This document shows positions 26,723-39,838 of a stretch of 64,000 nt of DNA, piece after piece. Within the stretch, counting starts at the first letter, position 1. Every line of letters begins with the position of its first letter. The notes under the pieces are model-generated. The model made no database searches. It saw only the letters and a list, made by a program, of their open reading frames with translations, and was not told the origin of the DNA. The stretch spans positions 4,340,001-4,404,000 of the forward strand of contig OX597821.1 of the NCBI GenBank assembly GCA_951406725.2, written 5' to 3'. A program made the position numbers and the translations under genes. This DNA comes from Octopus vulgaris (taxonomy: Eukaryota).

Positions 26723-27598
26723 ATAGATAGGTAATACTGTTTGCAAATATTTCTCGGGAGATATACTATGTGGATGTAGCACGAATGTCGGAGTCCCAAG
26801 TGATCGGATAACATTTGGCTTCGTAATGAGCACTAAACTTTGTATTTCGAATTTTTCATTCGATTGTACATACCGTAATAACGTATATATGTATACAATA
26901 CTCACATATAAATACACACACATATACATATATGTGTGCATGTATATATATACATATATATATATATATGTGTGTGTGTGTGTTTGTGTGTGTATCTCTA
27001 CGCAAGCCGACGTACACACCAACATACACAAACTCACACATACACACACACTAATGTATGCATTTAACTCATCAATATCAATTTTCCAATAATTGTTAAT
27101 TGTATTTACAGTGATTTAAATTACAACCAGTTTTATTTGATTTCTTCCAGCTAAAGTCCACGACAGCATTACCGAAATTAAGTGAAATAAATTATTCCCT
27201 AACCAAACTTTAGTTAATCTGTTACGAAAGTTTTTCCTTTTTTCTTCTTCCAAGATTTTTTTTTATTCTCTGCATTTTTTGTGATTTTATTTATTTATTT
27301 ATTTGTTTTGTAAGTAAGACGTCTGCCCGTAATTAAATTTAGAATGGATTGTTTGTCTGGTATTTATAGAGATGTTTCGTTGTGATTAGCGATATATAAT
27401 CTTGTTTTTCTCTTATATTTATAAATGTTCTTCAAGGAAAGATATGCCCGTGTAGTTATAAAGTTTCAAGTAGAACCATGTTGTCTCTGGTACATTCCCA
27501 CTGCGAGGTAGTTGATAGGCCCGGTCAGACTAATGCCTTGTATGTGAATTATGTGGAAGGAAATGTGTGAATTTCTGTCGTATTTATGTATGTACATA

Positions 27599-27962
27599 GG
27601 CGTAGGAGTGGCTGAGTGGTAAATAGCTTGCTTAGTAACCACATGGTTCCGGCTTCAGTCCCACTGCATGGCAACTTGGGCAAGTGTATTTTACTAAATT
27701 CTTGTGAGTGGATTTGGTATATATGTATATTGATATATATGTGTGTGTGTGTGTGTGTGTTTGCGTGTGTGCGTATGTTTGTGTGCCTGTGCTTGTCCTC
27801 AACATCACTTGACAACCGATGCTGGTGTGTTTACGTCAACGTAACTTAGAGGTTCGGCAAAATTAACCGATGGAATAAGTACTAGGCTTATAAAGAATAA
27901 GTCCTGGGGTCGAGTTGCTCGACAAAAGGCGATGCTCCAGCATGACTGAAAAAAGTAAAAGT
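27599..27962 (+). mobile_element. SINE family A, near full length
   Basis: Head GGCGTAGGAGTGGCTGAGTGGTAA..GGTTCCGGCTTCAGTCCC, internal (TG)n, tail GACTGAAAAAAGTAAAAG. Confidence 0.85.
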
Positions 27963-27998
27963 TTATAATATATGTACGTATATAAATAGAAATGTATT

Positions 27999-28238
27999 GG
28001 CACAGGCGTGAATGTGTGGTTAGAAGATTGATTCCCAACAACATGGTTCCGGGTCCAATACCACAGCATGATATTTTGGGTAAGTGTTTTATACTACAGC
28101 CTCGGGCCGGCCAAATCTTTGCGAATGGATTTGGCAGGCAGAAACTGAAAGGAAACCGTCGTGTATATATGTATATATATATATATTGTTATATTTCGGA
28201 ATGGTCATTTTGCCAGTTTAGCCAACAAATATATAAAC

Positions 28239-28276
<38 letters not shown>

Positions 28277-28455
28277 ATTGACAATCGTTGTTGGTGTATT
28301 TAGCTTTCCCCTAAACTAGAAGTTCGGTAAAAGGAAATGATATAAAAAATATTAGGCTTTAAAGAATAAGTCCTGGGTTGATTTGTTCGACTAAAACCCT
28401 TCGAAGTGGTCTTCAAGCGTAGCTGCAGTCAAATGACTGAAACAAGCAAAGGGAT
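27999..28455 (+). mobile_element. SINE family A, diverged
   Basis: Same head, body and tail with internal (TA)n. Confidence 0.75.
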
Positions 28456-28479
28456 ATGTACTTGTACACAGATATCAGC

Positions 28480-28660
28480 AATTTCCGAGTAAGGCGATTA
28501 TCTGGATCCCATTGCTCAAGAAGTAATTCTTTTATAAACTCCGATAGTATAAAAAGCTAAGTCGATCTGAGAGAAATTGGAACTCACACCGGAAAGGTGG
28601 ATAAAATGCGGTTAAGCATTTTGTCAAGCATGCTAACGATTCCAGCAGCTCGCCGCCTTT
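28480..28660 (-). mobile_element. SINE family B (degenerate)
   Basis: Head reverse complement GGCGGCGAGCTGCTGGAATCGTTAGCATGC. Confidence 0.7.
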
Positions 28661-29124
28661 GAGTAATTGCAATATCGATGTCATTACTATCTATGCTAGT
28701 ATAAGCTTTATTCAAATTCTCGAACTTCCAAGAGAAAATAAGTAATTGATGAACAGAATTCTATTATCTAACTGGGTAAAGGTGAGGTTAAACTTCTCTT
28801 TCGTTATATATCTTTATAGCAGCAGTACTTAATGATTATTTTTTGATTTTCTAAAGTCACAGATGAAAGATACACCACAAGTGGAGAATATTATGATAGA
28901 TTATCCTCTGTTAATAGACACAGATATGAAATTTCCAATATAAATCCGATGGCCACCTATTAGTGAATATCAGTTTGGGATTTGATTGCATTAACAGAAA
29001 ATAGAGTGACATGTTCAATGGCATAAGCATACACTGGCATAGCCTTTTCACATATGTCTACTAGTGTGTGCCCACACACAAACACACACACACACGCAGA
29101 CACGTACATACACACACACACACG

Positions 29125-29155
<31 letters not shown>

Positions 29156-29226
29156 TAGTATATATGTGCGTGTGTTACGGGCACAAACACACATCAGCAT
29201 CCGTTGTCAAGCATCGTGATGAAACA

Positions 29227-29334
<108 letters not shown>

Positions 29335-29533
29335 GTTGTGTCTTTCTCTGCACCACCACCATCACTTGACAACGAGTGTTGGTGTGTTTACATTCTGTAA
29401 CGTAGCTGTTCTACAAAAGAGACCGACAGAATAAGTACTAGGCTTACAAACAATAAGTCCTAGGGTTGATTAGTTCGGCCGCAAGCGTTGCTTTAGCATG
29501 GCCGCATTCAAATGACTAGAACAAGTTAGAGAG
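29335..29533 (+). mobile_element. SINE family A, 3' half
   Basis: CTTGACAAC..GAATAAGTACTAGGCTTACAAA..GCATGGCCGCATTCAAATGACT. Confidence 0.8.
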
Positions 29534-29578
<45 letters not shown>

Positions 29579-31394
29579 GTGTGTGTGTGTATATGTGTGT
29601 AATATCATATAGTCGTATGATATTGTTGTTTTTATGTCTTTGTGAAAAGTTCAATGCATATATCTTCCTAGTTCATATTCCAGGTAATCTAATATGTAAA
29701 TGTTTAGAAGTTAATTAGTATTTTTTTAATCAGAGACAGCACTTATGAAGTTATATAGTAGAGATTTTATTTCTTTCTTTTTTGATATGCACATTTTTTT
29801 CTTTTATCAAATCAACTATCATGGCGTAAACAATTACTCACATACTTCCTAACTGAAACCATTCACCGCTCTTTTGGTTTTGTTGTTTATAAAATTTTGC
29901 TGTACTTAAAACGAAGTTGGTTCCTGTGTCCTATTTTGAGGAGGGTGTGTTCTGATTTCTACGGGATATTTCTAATATTTTTCCTGAAAGTACGAACGTG
30001 TTGAAAATTATTGCAAGCTTATTCATGTCATTGTTTCTATATTAGTGAAACCACATTCTTTTTTCATTCTTCCTTTCTCTTTTAATTCAATAGCATTATG
30101 TTTGCTGAAAATGTACCTAATTTTCTTTTAACAGAGTGAGCAACTGTTAGCTACAGATTGATAGTTGATAGTGCTGTCAGAAGACGGACGTCTTCAAAAG
30201 ACAGGTCGATCACAACGAATCAGGAATTGATATATAATACTACTTTAGACGAGCCCGTTTTAGAGATGCAATTTCTGGTTATTTCGATAAAAAGTAAACA
30301 TTACAATCTAAACCTGGAAATGTAATTATTTTCAGGAAATATTCATTTTATTTATCTAGAATACTTTGGAATGCAATGAATATTGTATGTAATATTAACA
30401 TTGGTTACGCATTTACAAAATATTTTATTGCAATTCTACAATAGTTACACTTAACAAAGTTTCTCGGAATCTTAGTTGTAGGGAATGAAGAAATATGTCT
30501 CCGAAATAGCAGCTGTTGGAATCGATTAAACGAAATTTCAGTACCGAATCCTTACAAGGAATTACAGGCCGGAAAAAGATTGACAAATTCCGACGTATTC
30601 CGACCGTTGTGATCGTGGAAACGGATGTATAGCTTCTGGCCGGCAGACAATCAGGTGATAGGATTTACTGGAATTCGGAGCACTTGAATATCAAGTGTGT
30701 TTATCTTTACAGTTGAGAGGAGATGGTTGAGATGATGAGATATTGGACAGAATGCTCATAGATTTTAGGTTCACATCCTGCCCTTTAGGACATTTTATTT
30801 ACACTTAAGATTTACATACAATTTGCAACTGACACTTAACGTTACAATTACGCACTTGGTACTGCTCAGTCCAATTATATGTAAGACTGAATTGCTGAAA
30901 ATCTAGCCAAGTGAGGATGCTTCTACGTGGTCAAAACTTACTAGAATTAGAAGCGAAAGCTTCCTCAAAACATACCCTAGTGAGTCAACTAAGGGTTGCT
31001 AGCATTCGATAATGGATTTCCCTGTCTCAGATGAATGCCATAGATCGTAGGTTTTATTGCCAGAAAAAAACAAAACAGCAGCAAAGGCATTCTCAAGAAT
31101 TCGAAAACTAAAATGCTCATTCAGGAACACAAAAACTTGTATTATTTCTGCGCATTTCCAAACGCGACATCATTAAATCTAGGTAATTACTACTTAGAAA
31201 TCTAGGGTCTACACAGCAATTACAACAAATAAAACCATGTTATAAAATGCCTTTTGCTTTTTCTATGCTGTGACAGTACATTGAAAGGTCCTTAGTCGAA
31301 CGAATCAACACCAGTATTTGTTCTATAGTTTTCTTACCCTTAGCTAATAGGTTTGAATGATGTAAACAAACCAATACCCGTTCACACGCACACA

Positions 31395-32600
31395 TTGGTT
31401 ATAATAATTCTTTGCTAAGGGAAAGAAACTATTTCTTTCGTTTGTTTTCCCTAGGCTGGTTTTTGTTTTTTTGGGGTTGTGAAGTCCACTATATATTCAT
31501 CTTAAGTTGAGGTTTATATTTTTCAATAAATATAGGGTCTTTATTTAGTCGTTCTAGAGCTGAGATCCTTTCTTTGCATAGGTATAGCGTGTAGAATTTC
31601 ATACAGCTTAAGGTTGTTATCTAACATTGGAAGATTTTGGACAATAATGTTGTTTCTGGGGGTGTATGTGGAAATATGAAGTAATATTTTTAGAGTGGGT
31701 GTATTGTTTCGTTTGAGCTGTATTAGTGTTTATATATTAATTATTTTGCACGTTTTGTCTCACCATCTGTAAGTGAAGCTGGGTAGTGTCTCTCGGCGAA
31801 TACAGTTTTTTTAAGTTCTTGCAGTTTACTTTCTCTGGTTTGCCTTTACGACACTATTGTGCAGATTCTTCTCGCTAGATTGAATGGAATATGTATTTTA
31901 ATGTCTCGTGTATTATGAGAAAAATAATGTGTATTTTTCAAGTCTGTAGTTTTGTAAAATATGTCTGTTTCTATTATTTATTGATTGATTTTCTCAGGCA
32001 TATCTAGAAAAGGGAGTTCATTTTTGTTGTGATCCATTGTAAATTGTATAGTCTTATTTACTGCAATTGAGAAGACTTATGAATTCCAAATGAAACAGCC
32101 ATCCAAATATCTATTCCAATTTTATTTTATTTATTGGCGAAGGGGACTTCTAAATTTTGTGAGTGATTCCTGATATACTGGTGGTTTCAGATAGCCCATC
32201 CTCAGCTTTGCAAGAACGGGAGTTGCCTTGCTTTCAATCGCACTCCAAACTTTTGTCAGTATACAGTGGTGTCAAACATGAAGTGATTTTGCTGAAGGTA
32301 TTGGTATATAGGACATTAAAGGAGACCAAATGTGTTCTTACCTTTACTCTTTTTTGAAGGTGGTTTAACATCTCCATATCATTTCTAGTGTAACTTCTAA
32401 TATATTTTAGAAGTGGTCTTATGAGGGCATCAATGAAGAAGCTCACTCGATGCATTTCACAACATGGTCCAGCTATGATAGGTCTTAGTTTTAAGATCAC
32501 CAGGTGTTGGTGTATGCATGTATGACATCGGTGATTTTTCAATCGCTTCTTTATGATATGGCTTTTACTAATATCTCCCATAATTGTGGATTAGAATTAC
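31395..32600 (-). mobile_element. Penelope-like retroelement remnant (RT and C-terminus)
   Basis: LRPIIAGP..FFIDALIRPLL..LVSFNVLYTN, WNRYLDGCF, HIPFNLARRI, FIEKYKPQL. Confidence 0.85.
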
Positions 32601-32689
32601 CTGAGTTCTGGCTGGAAATATATGTAGAAGAAATACTGTAAACTATTAGCAAAGGGTCTATAATTGAATCATTAAAATTTATTCTCCAT

Positions 32690-33957
32690 CAAAATCACTT
32701 CGTCTCTGACATTAGTGTATACAGACAAACATTGTAGCCAAAGCAGCCCCAGTTATGGAAAAGCTGACAATGAGCTACTGGAAACTAACAGTATATCAGA
32801 AATCAGAAAATTCTGAAATCCCCTTTCCCAATATTTGGATGAGAACATCAAGTAACTTTTGGAATCCAAAAGACTTCTCAATAGCATAAATACAAGTATA
32901 CAATACACAATGGGACACAACAAAAATGAACTTTCCTTTCTAGATATAATAAATAAAACAATAAATAAAAGATAGAAACCGACATACTTTACAAAACTAC
33001 AGACACGAAACAATACATATTTACATATTATTTAGGTCACACAACGCGAGAAATAGTAAAATACATATTCCATTCAATCTAGCGAGAAGAATAAGCATTA
33101 TAATGTTGTAAAATAACACTAGATAATTCAGACTACAAAAACTTAATAACATAATCGTCGACAGACACTACCCAACTTCACATATAGATGACGGGATAAA
33201 ACATACAAAAGAATAAATATACAAACACTAAGAGAGGTGAAACATATCAACACACCCTCTCCAAAATCATCAACTTATAGTTCCATATACAACCCCAGAA
33301 GCAACGAAGCAAATAACGTTATTAGCCAAAACATTCTAATAATACATAAGAACACTAGCTGTATCAAATTCTACGCACCCAGAAAATTATTAAAAGCAAC
33401 AAACAGTGAAAACCATTAAAGCGGATACTCACAAATGCAAAACAATACTAAAAAATAACAGAGGCAAGAGTTAAAATATGTGGACGACTGAAATGCGGAA
33501 TATGCCCTAACACTATGGAAGGGTCATAATTCCATTTTAAATAAGGACAAATATTTAAAGTTAAAACTGACCTCACACTGCGCCTCTGAAAATCTCATCC
33601 ATGTCATAGCATGCTCCGGTTGCAACAGGAACTGGATAGGCTGAATGGGATTTTCCGTAAGACGTAGGCCTACACTACACAGACCGCAAATTTACCACCT
33701 GCAACACCGTCAATTACTACTCCGTGGTCACATTGACAAATGTGATTAGGAATGCCAATTATAATTCACAATATTCACACTATATCAATGTACGGAAAGG
33801 ACCTCAACTTGACAACGACTAAATAAAGAGGCAAAATTTATTGAAAATACAAACCAGAACGTAACATGAATATATAATAGCGCTGAAAAGTGAAAACAGA
33901 AACAACCAAGAAAAAAAGATTTACCTCCCCTTAGTTAAGAAATAGTATACCCACTGA
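32690..33957 (+). mobile_element. Penelope-like retroelement remnant (RT thumb, Cys linker, GIY-YIG endonuclease)
   Basis: LSFLDI, ETDILYKTTDTKQY, HIPFNLARRI, CGRLKCGICP, NLIHVIACSGCNRNWIG. Confidence 0.85.
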
Positions 33958-34020
33958 TTAGCTCTTTAGCTAAAAGAACATCATATTCAATTTCCGCCTT
34001 AAATCTTATATGTGTATATG

Positions 34021-34078
<58 letters not shown>

Positions 34079-34079
<1 letters not shown>

Positions 34080-34338
34080 TCTTTCTTTTAATCTTTTACT
34101 TGTTTCAGTCATTTGACTGCGGCTATGTTGGAGCACCAACTTTAGTCGAGCAAATCGACCCCGGGACTTATTCTTTGTAAGCCCAGTACTTATTCTATCG
34201 TTCTATTATAGACTCACAAGGCATTGGTCGGCCCGGCGCTATAGCAGAAGACACTTGCCCAAGGTGCCACGCAGTGGGACTGAACCCGGAACCATGTGGT
34301 TGGTAAGCAAGCTACTTACCAAACAGCCACGCCTGCGC
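34079..34338 (-). mobile_element. SINE family A, internally deleted
   Basis: Well-preserved head and tail joined directly. Confidence 0.85.
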
Positions 34339-34465
34339 CTGCATAGCAAGTGATTTGACCTGAGATCGTGTGCTGGAACGAAAACAATTGCAGCGTGGAA
34401 GGTGTTTGTAAGCCATTTAAGAAACACACAAAAGCCGTTCGATTCACTTCAACATTTAAGTTTAA

Positions 34466-34516
34466 TTTGTCAGAATATTTTCGTCGCTATAAGACCGCGA
34501 CCTGTTCACTGACAAA
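34466..34516 (-). ncRNA. Minimal hammerhead variant with G3:C8 swapped pair
   Basis: UUUGUCA-GUGAACA-G-GUCGC(9-nt loop)GCGAC-GAA-AAUAUU-C-UGACAAA. Confidence 0.72.
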
Positions 34517-34528
34517 AATCCGTGCTGC

Positions 34529-34608
<80 letters not shown>

Positions 34609-34690
34609 AGAGTTTACGAAAAAAAAAAGACGAAGACAGGTGGTGTACAAAACAAACAGATGTATTAGTATAACGCTCAGTCAGAGAAAA

Positions 34691-34735
34691 TGTCTTTTAC
34701 GTTTCGAGCCTACGCTCTTCTACAGAAAGGGACAC
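34691..34735 (-). ncRNA. Minimal hammerhead-like motif, U6 core variant, in a short repeat (34605-34780)
   Basis: CUUU-CUGUAGA-A-GAGC guag GCUC-GAA-ACGU-A-AAAG. Confidence 0.62.
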
Positions 34736-34806
34736 AGAAAAAACAAGGAGAGAAAAAAGTGTGTGTAGTGGCTAACGATCTCTCTCTCTCTCTCTCCTTC
34801 TCTCTC

Positions 34807-34859
<53 letters not shown>

Positions 34860-34864
34860 CTATA

Positions 34865-35034
34865 TACACACGACAAGCTTGTTTCAGCTTCCCTCTACCA
34901 AATAACAAAGAGTTAGTTAGCCCGAGGCGCCGTAGCAGAACACAGTTACCCCAGAAGCTAGGCAGTGAGACTGAACCCAGAGTCTTGTGAAGCATGTCAA
35001 GCAATCTCTTCTTACCACACAGCCATGTCTGCGT
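34865..35034 (-). mobile_element. SINE family A, 5' half (diverged)
   Basis: Head homology. Confidence 0.65.
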
Positions 35035-35532
35035 CATTTACTATTTTATGCATTGTATTATTGTTGATTTTTAAACCAGCAAAATGTCCCTTATTAGGCG
35101 TGCTTCCTGTTTCTATTTTTTTTTTTTTGGAGCGGCTGTGATTTTCTGGTAACTTTTCTCTTACTTCAAATGAAGTCAGCCGTATCAAGACAATTTAATA
35201 GAATTATATTTTATGGTGATCGTCGCCGTGTCCGAAACCTAGCTATACTAATTTAGTGCAGAAAGTGACAGAGAGATATTTTCCAAAATATATCTAAAAG
35301 CAATACTGAAATTAATTGAACCTTCTACATTTATAGAGATTCTTCTACTGGAAGTCTTCAATGATGGAGCTTGTAGCAAAATGTGTTTACTATTTTGGAT
35401 ATAATGTTCAAATCATTTTATAAGATAATAAACTGCTCCCATCGTCTATGTATGAATGCGGTGGTTAAAAAGAGCAACAAATCTAAAATACTTACTGTTT
35501 ACAACACAATGCAAACTTTATATACATTTATG

Positions 35533-35573
<41 letters not shown>

Positions 35574-35654
35574 CTGTGTGTACAATATATCAATGTATGC
35601 AAATATGGACGCATACTTATAACTTACAAACTAGGCTAGCCACTGCGTGAGGGT

Positions 35655-35970
35655 GGATGGCTTTCTGGTTAGAACGTTGGGCCCTCAATCATACAGTAAT
35701 GTGTTTTATATCCGGACCGGAATCTGTGTTGTGCTCGTGAACAATACACTATAACTCACGTTGCTACAGTTCTATTTGACCGTAGAAATGAGCTGCAATG
35801 TAACTGGTACCAAGATGTATCGGCATATTTTTACTTTCGCTTGGCTAACGTTTGGCGTGGGGTGAGGAAACTGGTAAACATGAGTGATTGCTGGTTTTCC
35901 ATACACAACTTTGCCGAGAATTGTGCCACGGAGGGGAATTTTCTTGCTGCAATTCCATGGTCATTCATGG
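35655..35970 (+). mobile_element. SINE family C
   Basis: TGGTTAGAACG..CCGGACCGG..ACTCACGTTGCT.CAGTT..GTAGAAATGAG, as at 58610 and 60955. Confidence 0.65.
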
Positions 35971-36413
35971 TTTTTACGTAATACCATAACCAATGCGTAT
36001 CGTTCTAGTTTGTGCATGATTACAATAGCGATTGTTTAAAAGACGTCTTCACGTCTGAATAATTGAGGGTGAACAGTCTATAAATGATACTTAAAGCGCG
36101 GTGAAAAAGGCAATTATATATTCCATGATTGACAAGGCTATAAAATTTACATATTTTACATTTTTAAGAATATTCATTTTACATGAATCCCTATATGTAG
36201 GTCAATGTCATAGTAACAAATGTGCTGATATAAATATATCTATATCAACTATGCTAATATTAATGTACTAATGAGGTAATATTATATCTATATTAAATAC
36301 GTCTAATAATTTTGTAAACATAAATATATCTGTATGCACACGCTAGCATCTGTGTATTTGAACTGCTCATTAATGCAAAAAAAAAAAAACAGTAGTGTTT
36401 GTTATCAAAACTA

Positions 36414-36467
<54 letters not shown>

Positions 36468-36754
36468 TGGCGTTTTGTATTTCGCAACATACTTCCGTAT
36501 TTCTTATTCATGTATAACATAGACCGTATATATTTTGTCTGAAGATCAGAAATGTGATACGTGTGTATGCATATGCGTATGCGTGTGTGTCAATGTATGT
36601 GTACGTGCACGTGTACGTTTGTCTATGTGTGCATATACATACATGTATTCATATATACATATAAATACACATATACTAGTATACAATTATTTGTAAATAT
36701 ATGCATGCACACAAACACACACACATAATCACAAACACAAACACACCTATATAT

Positions 36755-36804
<50 letters not shown>

Positions 36805-37375
36805 AGAAGATAGATTTAATGTACGTGTATGCCTGATAGAATATAGCAATTTATATGTTTATATATTTATATGTATGCCACATTTGTTACACTTACGAAG
36901 TTTCATTGGATGAATTTCCCGTAGACACTTTAAACTCACACATGTTAAATGGTGATGCTGTTGGTGATAACATTGAGAGCAATCTTAATAGTTTTATATG
37001 GTAGTTAATACCAGCCGCCATTGGATATACATATCATATCATGCTCAATATCTTTGATATATCGCCAATGATATTTATGAGATCTAGTTCAATTAAACTA
37101 CTGTATCACAAACTTCATCAAGTTACAAATCATATTCGATATATTTTCTTTTTATTCTAAAATTGTTTTCCATATGCGTATGAGTGGTAAAATGTCTGTA
37201 TCTGTTGTAGGTTCGTCTGATAAACATGAATATTATATGTTTGCATGTGGCTATGCCGTGTTACAGAAGTTTAATTTACATATGTTGAACGTATGTTAGC
37301 AGTGTTTCAAACGGAGGCATGTATGTGTAAAACATGTTCGCATATATGTGTGTGTGTGTATGTGTGTGTTTATGT

Positions 37376-37436
<61 letters not shown>

Positions 37437-37662
37437 TGTATGTATTTATGTATGTATGTATGTATAGACATTTATAATACATGCATTATGCGTCATGTGT
37501 GGATACACACGATAAAATATACATGTGTATGAGTTGCTAGTACAAACATATATCTTTATAATATTTCTGCTTCATTTTCTCTAACGCACGCGCATTCTCA
37601 ACTTCCATACTATGTGTATGTCTACACACACATACACACATGTATATATATATATATATATA

Positions 37663-37707
<45 letters not shown>

Positions 37708-37797
37708 TATTATATATATATGCATGTATGTATAGAGAAATAGATATTCGTGTGTATATATATATGTATGTATATATATATATATTTATATATATAT

Positions 37798-37865
<68 letters not shown>

Positions 37866-38729
37866 TTGTATGTATGTTTGTTTGTATGCATATACCCGCT
37901 CAAACACACTCATACAAATACACATGCACCCACATAGTCGCGTATATGCACTCATTGAAATACATATTGTTTTCATTATAATTGAATTCTAGGCATATTT
38001 CATATGTGGAAATACACGGACGCAAGAACACACACAGAACTACATACGCACATCAACACACATACCCAAACACAGATACGCACACACACATATCACTTAC
38101 ACATACACAATTGCACATGTATAGAAATCCTCGGACGAAGTTGTATTTGATTTTCATACTAATACGTGTCTATATGCGTGACTTCAGTAATTCTATATTC
38201 ATACGTACTTATATACACACGTTCATATGCGCATATAAACATTGTATACAATTCCATTACAGCACAATAGATGGAAACTAATAGCAAGTACTTTTATCTA
38301 CGCTAGATTAATTTTCAAGTTTAGATTACAGCAGCGTGGTCGTGTATCTTTTATTCAATGATCCTTGTAGCATTTAATAGAACGCTAGTGTTAATCTTTC
38401 ATGATTCATACTGTATTACTGTGTCAATATCTTATTCACTGGGTTTTGCTTTCTTAATATATTATCCATTGGATATCCAACGCTTTCAGATTCTAGATTG
38501 ATGATTATATACATACATACATACATACATACATACATAAATACATACACACACACACACACGCATATATATATATATGTCTATATATATATATACATAC
38601 ACATATATATGTGTGTGTATATGTATGTATGTCTATATGTTCCAATATTCTGTATTTATATGCATATGTAACTGCATATCCTACATATGTATGTAAAAGC
38701 ACACACTGATATGGGTGAGTGCATGCATG

Positions 38730-38769
<40 letters not shown>

Positions 38770-38772
<3 letters not shown>

Positions 38773-39641
38773 GGTGGGGGAAAAGTAGTTAGGCATTAAA
38801 CATTGGTAATAAAATACATATTCCTTTTTCAAATTTATTGAAACAAATGATGTTCTTTATTAGATGCGAAAGTAAATTTTCATATTCCAGCGTAAGCGCA
38901 GGTGGCCTCAACAAGTTTCCTCAAACAGGATGAAAGGAACAAACTTATGATGGAATTCGTCTGGGATATCATTCTGAACCTCCTGAAACCGTGTCTCGAA
39001 GTCCTCCTGTATGTGAAGTTTTGTCTTGTACACATCCTCTTTCGTGTAACCCCCACACGTACAAATCACTTGGAATGAGATCTGGACATCTGGACTTGTG
39101 CGGTCACACTCATCAGGCTTTAGTTCCTTTCACGTAATGGGGTTTCCATGGACGAAAATTCAATTTTTATGCATTACCGTGTGTATTGTGAGTCTTGTTA
39201 GTTCACTTTCAAGAGCTGCTTCACGTTGATTTTTGCGGACTGCGATTAAACATTTCCTGCACTGTTTCCACGCTCCCCACTGATCGCGATGTGATTGGAT
39301 GGCCAATTCTTGCATCGTTTACAGAGTCCGTGGTCATCAGCTTTTCATGAAAACTTTTTTTATTATCACCGGACGTAGTGTTGCATGCTTACCTTTCCAT
39401 GCACGCCACCACCTCTGAAACGAAACAATGGAATTCCACACATCACAGTGTGCTGCTATCTTAGATCACTCCTGAACAGTCAAGCGACCGGCCATCTGGA
39501 AAATAAAACATAAGAAATGCGACAAGAAAATAAGAAATCCCATTAATGTTGTCTGTTTAAAAAATGACTTCGTCATGACTTCAGTGATACTAAAAATTCT
39601 ATATGGAATTTCTAATGCCTTGTTAGTTTCCACCCACCCCG
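38770..39641 (-). mobile_element. Tc1/mariner-superfamily fossil (DUF4817/DD37D-like)
   Basis: Imperfect TIRs between TA runs; PDLIPSDLYVWG.TKEDVYKTK and KLMTTDSVND motifs. Confidence 0.7.
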
Positions 39642-39795
39642 TATATATATATATATATATATATATATGTCTGTCTGTATGTATTGTAACAGAAGAGGAC
39701 GAATTTCAAGTATCCCCACGTGGTCAGTTATAATATATATATAAGAAATTTAAAAAAGTAAAATACACACATTTTACATTGTTTTAATACAATCT

Positions 39796-39838
39796 TTAAT
39801 ACATCGACCGGTTTCACTTTCGCTATTCATGATATTAA
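39796..39838 (-). ncRNA. Minimal hammerhead variant, A3:U8 core
   Basis: UUAAUAUC-AUGAAUA-GC gaaa GU-GAA-ACCGGU-C-GAUGUAUUAA. Confidence 0.62.

Noticed and set aside
27599-27670. tRNA-like A/B boxes
   Set aside because: SINE heads that continue into SINE bodies; no proper cloverleaf, so not tRNA genes
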